Positions 20,236 to 27,326 of a stretch of DNA of 32,000 bases are shown here, piece by piece. Under the pieces are notes generated by a model that was given only the letters and a program-made list of their open reading frames with translations, did no database searches and had not been told where the DNA came from. The number at the start of each line of letters is the position of its first letter. Within the stretch, counting starts at the first letter, position 1. The position numbers were made by a program, and so were the translations under genes. This DNA is from Methanothermus fervidus DSM 2088. Lineage in GTDB: Archaea > Methanobacteriota > Methanobacteria > DSM-2088 > Methanothermaceae. The stretch spans positions 660,001-692,000 of the forward strand of contig CP002278.1 of assembly GCA_000166095.1 (NCBI GenBank), written 5' to 3'.

Positions 20236-20617
20236 AGAAAACTTGCCCAGAGACTATATCTCTATAAGAGACAATCCTGAGTAGAGCATTCTCCTAAACA
20301 GGCAGTCAAAACTACCTTATATCCTCAACAATACTCTATATAGACTTATTCTTACATGTTAGAAAAATAATTATAAACATGCCTATAAATCTCCAAAGTT
20401 TCCAATAGTTTATCTTCTGTTCTTTGCTTAATAAACTTCTGAATTTATATAGCTATATCTTATGAAGAAAAGTGGTATATTATGCTTTTCTTTTTTCTAA
20501 ATATTAATTTGCTTTGGAGAAAGAAGGAGTGAGAGAGTTGTGTATATTTTTTAAAACAAGTGTTATTTTGTACTTCATCTATATAAATACTTTTCTTATT
20601 TCTCAATCCCTGATAAG
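20206..20617. repeat. Right arm of the long imperfect inverted repeat flanking pyrC (begins inside the last 9 codons of pyrC)
   Basis: The reverse complement aligns with 18577-18940. It carries a 47-nt insertion (20247-20293) relative to the left arm. Confidence 0.85.
20580..20594 (-). promoter_or_regulatory. Second copy of the BRE/TATA-like element, oriented toward the 3' end of pyrC (antisense)
   Basis: The minus strand reads AAAAGTATTTATATA, inside a 29-nt block identical to 18602-18630. No ORF lies downstream of it on the minus strand. Confidence 0.4.
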
Positions 20618-20624
20618 CGAATAT

Positions 20625-20630
20625 AAAAAA
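20625..20630 (-). terminator. Oligo-T terminator of the dph5-methyltransferase-FAH operon
   Basis: The minus strand reads TGAGTATTTTTTAT directly after the FAH stop (20634-20636). Confidence 0.4.
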
Positions 20631-20633
20631 TAC

Positions 20634-21404
20634 TCATTGAGACTTAACATAATTTCTTAAAATTCCTATAGATTCTATTTCTGCTTCGACAATGTCACCA
20701 GGTTTCATTGGACCTACTCCTGGAGGAGTACCAGTTGCTATTATATCTCCTGGTAGGAGTGTCATAACACTTGATATAAATTCAACAAGTTCATTTACTT
20801 TAAATATCATTTTTGAAGTGTTTGAAAATTGTTTAGTTTTGCCATTTAACCTAAGAGATATTTTTTGTTTATGTGGATCCATTTCTGTTTCTATAAAAGG
20901 GCCTAAAGGACAAAAAGTGTCAAAACTTTTTGCCCTTGTCCATTGACCATCCTTTCTTTGTATATCACGTGCTGTAACATCGTTAACAATAGTATATCCA
21001 CCAATTACATCCCAGGCATCTGAAGCATTTACATTTTTTGCTTTTTTTGAAATTACGACACCTAACTCAACTTCATAATCTACCTGCTTTGAAATTTCTG
21101 GATAAACAATAGTATCTTCATGTCCTATTACACTTGAAGGTGGTTTCAAAAATAAAACTGGTTCTTCCGGTATTTCCATATTTAATTCAGCAGCATGATC
21201 TCTATAATTAAGACCAACACAAACAATTTTAGATGGTGATACTGGAGGTAAAATTTCAATATTTTTAAATGAATAAGTTTGAGATTCTATTATTTTAAGA
21301 TCGCCATTCAAAGCATCTATGATATTTTCAATTTCAACTATTTCATCACCAGCTATATATCCTGATTTTATAGCACCGTTGTCTTTAAATCTTAGAAATT
21401 TCAT
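20634..21404 (-). CDS. Fumarylacetoacetate hydrolase (FAH) family protein
   Basis: 256 aa. The motifs KIVCVGLNYRDHAAE, EVELGVVI, GYTIVNDVTARD and LLPGDIIATGTPPGVG are diagnostic of the FAH/HpcE-type fold. Confidence 0.85.
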   Translation of the reverse strand: MKFLRFKDNGAIKSGYIAGDEIVEIENIIDALNGDLKIIESQTYSFKNIEILPPVSPSKIVCVGLNYRDHAAELNMEIPEEPVLFLKPPSSVIGHEDTIVYPEISKQVDYEVELGVVISKKAKNVNASDAWDVIGGYTIVNDVTARDIQRKDGQWTRAKSFDTFCPLGPFIETEMDPHKQKISLRLNGKTKQFSNTSKMIFKVNELVEFISSVMTLLPGDIIATGTPPGVGPMKPGDIVEAEIESIGILRNYVKSQ

Positions 21405-21976
21405 GTTTTTCCCTCTCTTTGTAATTTTCTAGCGGTGACGATGTAATGGTATTTACCTAATTTGTCAATATTTTCAATTTTAAAGCCATAAGAATTTAAA
21501 ATTTCAACACATTTTTCTTCACTTATTTTTAAATTTTCAGGAGGTCCTGCTGGTTTATCAACTCTAAAATCAACTATTATAAGTTTTCCTTTTGGTTTCA
21601 AGACCCTATTTATTTCTTTCATTAGCTCATCAGTTTTTTCATTTGCTACAATACCATGAAGAACATTTGCCATGAAATATATATCAACAGAATTTTCCTC
21701 AATTGGTATTTTCTTAGTAATGTCAGCTAGAATTGCTTTAACTTTAATATTTAAATTCTTTATTTTTTCTCTAACTTTCTTTATCGATGGTTCATGTATA
21801 TCAACAGCATATACTTCTCCATTTTTACCTAATTTTTTAGCAACCTCAATAGAAATAAAACCATTGCCGCATCCGGCATCTAAAAATCTTTTGCAACCTT
21901 CCATCTCAATTTTATTTAAAACTTCTTTAGCATTGAGATATTTTTCAGAACTTTTACCATAGTCACAATGTTTCAC
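21401..21976 (-). CDS. Class I SAM-dependent methyltransferase
   Basis: 191 aa with SAM-binding motif I FLDAGCGNGFISIE, post-I acidic VYAVDI and motif LKPKGKLIIVDF. It has 4-nt overlaps with both neighbours. Confidence 0.75.
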   Translation of the reverse strand: MKHCDYGKSSEKYLNAKEVLNKIEMEGCKRFLDAGCGNGFISIEVAKKLGKNGEVYAVDIHEPSIKKVREKIKNLNIKVKAILADITKKIPIEENSVDIYFMANVLHGIVANEKTDELMKEINRVLKPKGKLIIVDFRVDKPAGPPENLKISEEKCVEILNSYGFKIENIDKLGKYHYIVTARKLQREGKT

Positions 21977-22764
21977 ACAATATCCTCCAATATTTCCTTC
22001 TTAGCACCTAAAACAGTGGTTAAGTATTCATATTCCATAAAATGAAGAGAGGCAGGAATTACCAAACAATGTAAAGGCTTACCAAAATTTTCATTAATCA
22101 TTTCAGACACTCTACCAACTTTTATTACTGGATTATGAGATCCAATTCTTGCAAGAACTATCACTACTCTGTCGTTATTTATTATTCCTTCTTTTCTTTC
22201 TTTTTCAACTTTCAATAGATATTCTAAACCTTCGTTAGCAGTCATATACTTATTTTCATCGCTTTTTATGTCTAACAACACAAGTGTATGTGCCTCATTC
22301 TCCAAATTTTTTTTGATAGTAAGATATGGAGAATGAGGAAAATAACCATCTTCAGGAAATGGTATAGTTGTAGTTTTTCCAAATCTATATGCTTGTAATC
22401 CTGTAATCCCTGGAGCCGCAGATAATATTGATGAAGAATGGATAATTTCAACGTCAATGTCTAATTTTTTTGCCTCGATGATTAATGATTGATGTGTGGT
22501 TGCTATAAGAGGATCTCCTGGCACTAGAAATGCAACATTTTTTGATTTAGCTTCTTTTACAGGAATCATTTCTTCTTCTACTTCTTTTCTTTCCAAAACC
22601 TCTATTTTCCTCCCAAAAAAATTTTCTAATTTTTCGATGTTGGTTCCAAACAATTTTGACGTGTAAAATTCAGCAAATACTTTATCTACTTTCCTTAAAA
22701 TATTGTATCCCTTTACACTTATGTCTTTTTCATCATATAGTCCTAGTCCTACCATATAAAGCAT
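21973..22764 (-). CDS. dph5: Diphthine synthase
   Basis: 263 aa. MLYMVGLGLYDEKDISVKG...FAEFYTS...VAFLVPGDPLIATTH is the tetrapyrrole-methylase-fold Dph5/DphB signature. Confidence 0.9.
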   Translation of the reverse strand: MLYMVGLGLYDEKDISVKGYNILRKVDKVFAEFYTSKLFGTNIEKLENFFGRKIEVLERKEVEEEMIPVKEAKSKNVAFLVPGDPLIATTHQSLIIEAKKLDIDVEIIHSSSILSAAPGITGLQAYRFGKTTTIPFPEDGYFPHSPYLTIKKNLENEAHTLVLLDIKSDENKYMTANEGLEYLLKVEKERKEGIINNDRVVIVLARIGSHNPVIKVGRVSEMINENFGKPLHCLVIPASLHFMEYEYLTTVLGAKKEILEDIV

Positions 22765-22798
22765 AATATCACCATAAAATTAAAAATACATTGTTACA

Positions 22799-23554
22799 TC
22801 ACATGTAGAGTAACTTCTTAGGATTTACACTAGTCATGTATTTCACATGTTTCCAGGATATTCCATGACACATCAATTCCTTTATAAAAATTTTTAATCC
22901 AAGTACAGGAGGAGGATTATGTATTTGCCCAAAATCAGTTGCTAAAATACATCTTTTATATCCAACATATTTTATAGATTCCACGATTTTTGTAACGTCC
23001 AAGCCATCATGCTTAGGTTTAGGCATGCATGCTACAAAACAATGTTCTAAAAAACCATATTTTCCCATTTCTTTTTGTTCATCTAAATTAGCACCAACAA
23101 CTTTTGTGAGAGGATGATTAATTAAAATTTTCTTTAAATTATATTCTTGTGCTATATCTAATACTTGAAATATCTGCGATGGCTTTAAATGTCCAGTAGC
23201 TAATACCATATCATTCTCAGCTACTATAATGATCACATCTTCGAGACTATTTTTGTTTATATTTATTTTATCAATTGAAACTGTGGGTAACCATACAATT
23301 TTGCCACCTAATTTTGCAGTAACTTCTACAGCATTAGGATTTATTCCACCAACATTTTCATTGAGGACAATGCCACCAAAAACATCAATCCCCACTAAAT
23401 CAGTAGCTAGTTGCGCTCTACCCACTGTAGATTCACCATGTGATTTAATAACCAATGCTTTCATTTTTTCTTTTTTTGCATCTTTAGCGACACTAATATC
23501 ATCTTTAAGACGTGGTTTAATATCAGGTTTTGTGTGGACGTGTGTATCTATCAT
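22799..23554 (-). CDS. Metal-dependent hydrolase of the amidohydrolase/TIM-barrel type, function unknown
   Basis: An N-terminal MIDTHVHT metal-binding motif is followed by alternating beta/alpha pattern. The start is uncertain: the ORF is open to 23620, and M23 (23554) is chosen to limit overlap with the upstream fumarase gene. Confidence 0.5.
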   Translation of the reverse strand: MIDTHVHTKPDIKPRLKDDISVAKDAKKEKMKALVIKSHGESTVGRAQLATDLVGIDVFGGIVLNENVGGINPNAVEVTAKLGGKIVWLPTVSIDKININKNSLEDVIIIVAENDMVLATGHLKPSQIFQVLDIAQEYNLKKILINHPLTKVVGANLDEQKEMGKYGFLEHCFVACMPKPKHDGLDVTKIVESIKYVGYKRCILATDFGQIHNPPPVLGLKIFIKELMCHGISWKHVKYMTSVNPKKLLYM

Positions 23555-24122
23555 TCCCTCTAATTTTATCTCTGAAGTGTCTAATTTTCTTTTCAACATC
23601 CTCATATAAATTTCCACCATGAGAATCCATAGCTACTATCAATGGTCCAAAATCTTTGACTTCCAATTCCCATATAGCTTCTGGAATTCCTAATTCTAAC
23701 CATTTCACACTTTTTATTTTTTTCACTTTATCTGCATACATAGCAGCGCATCCACCAACAGCAGCTAAATAAACAGCTTTATTTTTTATTAAAGCTTTTT
23801 TAGTATTTTTATCCATACCACCTTTACCTATAATAGCTTTTACACCCATTCGGATAAGTTTAGGTCCAAAAGGATTCATTCTAGCACTTGTTGTAGGACC
23901 TATAGCCACTAGACTAAAATTTTCATTATTTTTAACTATGGGCCCAGCGTGAAAAATAACTGATCCTTTGAGGTCGAATGGTGGTCCTTCTTTTATAATT
24001 TTTTTATGAGCTTGATCTCTTGCCGTAAAAATTGTACCGTTTACCTTTACAATGTCTCCTACTTTTAATTCTAAAATATCTTTAGTAGATATGGGTGTTT
24101 TCAAAGTCTTCATTTTTAACAC
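23523..24122 (-). CDS. Class I (Fe-S) fumarate/tartrate hydro-lyase, beta subunit (C-terminal domain)
   Basis: 199 aa. The blocks [41 protein letters not shown] and the ending [15 protein letters not shown] match the FumA/TtdB C-terminal swivel domain. Confidence 0.75.
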   Translation of the reverse strand: MLKMKTLKTPISTKDILELKVGDIVKVNGTIFTARDQAHKKIIKEGPPFDLKGSVIFHAGPIVKNNENFSLVAIGPTTSARMNPFGPKLIRMGVKAIIGKGGMDKNTKKALIKNKAVYLAAVGGCAAMYADKVKKIKSVKWLELGIPEAIWELEVKDFGPLIVAMDSHGGNLYEDVEKKIRHFRDKIRGNDRYTRPHKT

Positions 24123-24125
24123 CTT

Positions 24126-24446
24126 TTATTTTCCTTGTGGAAGTGGATTTGCATGCAATGGATGTAAGTTCATGGTTAATAACATTGCCCAAACTAAAAA
24201 CCAAACTAATGAGAATGGTATAACACCACTTGCAAACCATCCTTTAAAACCACCAACTTCTTCTTTACTAAACCATTTTTCACATAAATTTCCAACTACT
24301 AATAAAATTATGACTCCAACGAATGTTGCTAAGGCTTCATTTTTACCTATAATTGGCAAAGTACCGGAGGATAAGATATATGAAATAAATCCGGCTATTA
24401 TGCCCGAAACTGTATGAATACTTGTAATTTTAGCATCCGTATCCAA
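24126..24446 (-). CDS. Small integral membrane protein (3 predicted TM helices), unknown function
   Basis: 106-aa ORF with three hydrophobic stretches, tightly packed 3 nt upstream of the fumarase beta gene on the same strand. Confidence 0.5.
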   Translation of the reverse strand: MDTDAKITSIHTVSGIIAGFISYILSSGTLPIIGKNEALATFVGVIILLVVGNLCEKWFSKEEVGGFKGWFASGVIPFSLVWFLVWAMLLTMNLHPLHANPLPQGK

Positions 24447-24601
24447 TCGAAGAACCTCCTTTTGTGTTTGTGTTTAAATAAATATCTTTTTCTGCTTTTC
24501 AATAATTTCTTTTTTATGAAATTAACTTTTCCAAATTAGTAAAAAATTTTATATAAACTTACGTTATTTAAAAAATACAAAGATTGTAGGAAGTTTAGAA
24601 A

Positions 24602-25324
24602 ATGATAGAGATAATAGCTCACGACGGTCCTGCTAGATTAGGAAAAATTGATGGTAAAGAAACACCACTTATAATTCCACAGGAATATATAGACCCCATC
24701 TTTCTTCCACTACCTTATGATGTGCCGAGGGAATTAGCAGAGTGGGCAGTTGAATATACTATAGACAAATATAAAAGTTATGAAGGTGAGTTTGCAATAA
24801 TTACTGGTGGAAAATACATTGATCTTAGAGTCAAATGCGCAACAAAACTTGAAGAATTGGGATTTACAAATTTAGTGATAAGTAACGGAACCGAATTACT
24901 TAAAAGACCAAAAGATCTTGTTAACCTAATTGTAAAATTACGAAAAAATCTTAAACCCACTACTTCTTTATCCTTTACATTTCCTGAACCTTTGTTTATA
25001 CCACTTTTAGTCTACATGGGAGTGGATATTTTTCCTGATGGAATATGTAAGTATTATGCTGAATTTAATGTCTTAATGACACCAACAAAATCTTATTCTT
25101 TAGATACATACAAAATCTATGACTTTGATAAAAAAGAGTTGCTTGAATACAATAAAAAAACATTAGATTATGTAATAAGAGAAGTAAAATCCCATATACG
25201 TAATGGAACGTTAAGAAATCTTGTGGAAGAAAGAGCAGCAGCATTGCCTGAATGTATGTCAGCATTAAGAATTCTTGATAAAGAATATAGTGACTATCTT
25301 CAGGAATTTACCTTACTTTATTAA
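24602..25324 (+). CDS. Short tRNA-guanine transglycosylase/ArcS N-terminal-like protein
   Basis: 240 aa. The N-terminus MIEIIAHDGPARLGKIDGKETPLIIP resembles the ArcTGT/ArcS start (FEIxxxDGxARxGxLxxxxxxxxTP). It lacks the C-terminal C1/C2/PUA portions by length. Weak call from motif memory. Confidence 0.35.
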   Translation: MIEIIAHDGPARLGKIDGKETPLIIPQEYIDPIFLPLPYDVPRELAEWAVEYTIDKYKSYEGEFAIITGGKYIDLRVKCATKLEELGFTNLVISNGTELLKRPKDLVNLIVKLRKNLKPTTSLSFTFPEPLFIPLLVYMGVDIFPDGICKYYAEFNVLMTPTKSYSLDTYKIYDFDKKELLEYNKKTLDYVIREVKSHIRNGTLRNLVEERAAALPECMSALRILDKEYSDYLQEFTLLY

Positions 25325-25341
25325 TTTTTTAGGTGATAGGG

Positions 25342-26619
25342 ATGTCAATATTAATAAAAAATGCAAAAATTGTCGATGTTAAAGGTACAAGGAAAGGATC
25401 TATTCTTATTGAAGATGATAAGATAGTAAAGATAGGTGATATAAGAGAAGATGAAGGAGATAAAATTATAGATGCCAGCGACAAGTTGGTTATTCCTGGA
25501 TTAATTAATACACATACACACTTATCTATGACGTTGTTTAGAGGTATAGCTGATGATTTACAGCTGCATAAATGGTTAGAAAATTATATTTGGCCACTTG
25601 AAAAACATTTAAATGAGGATTATTGTTATGCTGGTGCACTTCTTGGATGTATAGAAATGATAAAATCTGGAACAACAGCATTTAATGATATGTATTTTTA
25701 TATGGATTCTGTTGCAAAGGCAATTGAAAAATGTGGTTTGAGGGCTGTTATAAGTCATGGGATGATTGATTTAAATAACGAAGATAAAATGAAAAAAGAA
25801 ATCAAAGAATCTAAAAGGATTGTAAAGAAATGTCATGGGATGGCAGATGGTAGAATATCGGTGGCTTTAGGTCCTCATTCTCCTTACACTTGTTCAGAAA
25901 AATTACTTAAAAAAACTTCAAAATATGCTAATAAAAATAATTTAAAAATACACATACACGTTTCAGAGACAAGAGAGGAGATTAAAACAATTAAAGAAAG
26001 GTATGGGATGAGACCGTTTGAATATTTAGATGACATAGGCTTTCTAGGTGAAAATGTAATAGCTGCACATGCCGTATGGCTTTCAGAAGAAGAAATCAAA
26101 ATAATTAAAAATAATAATGTGAAAATATCCCATAACCCTGTGAGCAACATGAAACTTGCCTCTGGAATTTCACCTGTTAGTAAAATGTTAGATGAAAATA
26201 TTACTGTATCTTTGGGCACTGATGGTGCAGCATCTAATAACAATCTTGACATGTTAGAAGAAATGAAGATAGCAGCTTTATTACAGAAAGTTCATTATTT
26301 AGATCCAACAAAATTGTCAGCAAAAGATGTTTTTGCAATGGCTACTATAAATGGTGCTAAAACACTTGGAATAAATGCAGGACTGATCGAGGTAGGTAAA
26401 AAAGCAGACTTAGTGTTAATAAATGTAAAGAGATGTAATTTAACCCCATTTAGGAATCCAATTTCACATTTGGTATATTCAGCTAATGGTTACAATGTCA
26501 CAACAGTTATTGTAGATGGAAAAATATTAATGGAAGATAATGTTGTTCAAGTAATTAACGAAAAAGAAGTGATGGAAATCGCAGAAAATGCAAGTGATGA
26601 ATTATTATCAAAGTCATAG
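25342..26619 (+). CDS. mtaD: 5'-methylthioadenosine/S-adenosylhomocysteine (5'-deoxyadenosine) deaminase
   Basis: Amidohydrolase with GLINTHTHLSMTLFRG, HVSET, AHAVWL and GTDGAASNNNLDM motifs typical of MtaD/DadD. ATG 25342 is preferred, with AGGTGA 5 nt upstream. Confidence 0.85.
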   Translation: MSILIKNAKIVDVKGTRKGSILIEDDKIVKIGDIREDEGDKIIDASDKLVIPGLINTHTHLSMTLFRGIADDLQLHKWLENYIWPLEKHLNEDYCYAGALLGCIEMIKSGTTAFNDMYFYMDSVAKAIEKCGLRAVISHGMIDLNNEDKMKKEIKESKRIVKKCHGMADGRISVALGPHSPYTCSEKLLKKTSKYANKNNLKIHIHVSETREEIKTIKERYGMRPFEYLDDIGFLGENVIAAHAVWLSEEEIKIIKNNNVKISHNPVSNMKLASGISPVSKMLDENITVSLGTDGAASNNNLDMLEEMKIAALLQKVHYLDPTKLSAKDVFAMATINGAKTLGINAGLIEVGKKADLVLINVKRCNLTPFRNPISHLVYSANGYNVTTVIVDGKILMEDNVVQVINEKEVMEIAENASDELLSKS

Positions 26620-26652
26620 AGGCGTGAATTAACAAGTAATAGAGGTGAGGTT

Positions 26653-27240
26653 ATGAAAGTATTGGTATCTCCATTAGATTCATTAGAATCATTTATGTTT
26701 TGTGTAACACGTTTTTCACCAAATCGTACATACTTAATTTTTGATAAGGAAGAATATGAAGAAAAAGTTGAAAATTTAGAGAAAGTTAAAGAAACAATGA
26801 GTTTTATAAATATAAAGGAGACTGTAGTAGAAAGTAGTGACATTGTTGCAGCTGCTAAAAAAATCATTGAAATAATTGAAAATGAAAAAAATAATGAAAT
26901 AACTGTAAACATTACCTGTAGTAATAATTTACAAAGTTTTGGAATGTTATATGGTTGCTATGCAAAATACAGGTATGTAGACAGGATTGTATATTTAAAG
27001 GATACAAAGGAAATTTTAGATATTCCAATACTTAGTTTTGGTATATCAAAAACAAAAAAAGAGATATTAATGGAAATTACAAAAGGTACGACTAGTGTGA
27101 AAGAATTATCAAATAAATTAGATATAAGTAGAGGGATGGTTTACAATCATATTAGAGATCTTAGGGAGAAGGGAATGATAAAAAAAGATGAATTAAAAGT
27201 AACAACTGCTGGGAAGCTAGCAATACTTGGTGATATTTGA
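26653..27240 (+). CDS. Csa3-like regulator: CARF/DxTHG-like N-terminal domain fused to a winged helix-turn-helix
   Basis: 195 aa. The N-terminus MKVLVSPLDSLESFMFCVTRFSPNRTYLIFD resembles the Rossmann-like start of the 'CRISPR locus-related DNA-binding protein' family (TIGR01884, from memory). The C-terminus KKEILMEITKGTTSVKELSNKLDISRGMVYNHIRDLREKGMI is a clear wHTH. Confidence 0.45.
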   Translation: MKVLVSPLDSLESFMFCVTRFSPNRTYLIFDKEEYEEKVENLEKVKETMSFINIKETVVESSDIVAAAKKIIEIIENEKNNEITVNITCSNNLQSFGMLYGCYAKYRYVDRIVYLKDTKEILDIPILSFGISKTKKEILMEITKGTTSVKELSNKLDISRGMVYNHIRDLREKGMIKKDELKVTTAGKLAILGDI

Positions 27241-27253
27241 TAAAAATAGCTTG

Positions 27254-27264
27254 TTTTTTTTTTT
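27254..27264 (+). terminator. T11 archaeal terminator after the regulator gene
   Basis: An eleven-T run lies 14 nt after the stop codon (27238-27240). Confidence 0.5.
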
Positions 27265-27326
27265 CGTAAAATTTATTTATTATTTTTTGTTAAATATTAT
27301 ATTATCATGTTTGTGAGATGGTTTAA

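Noticed and set aside
18577-20617. Interpreting the inverted repeats as the termini of an IS element, composite transposon or MITE
   Set aside because: No transposase or integrase lies inside or nearby. The cargo is a single core metabolic gene. The arms are about 400 bp with internal promoter-like structure, not short terminal IRs, and I saw no flanking direct target duplication.
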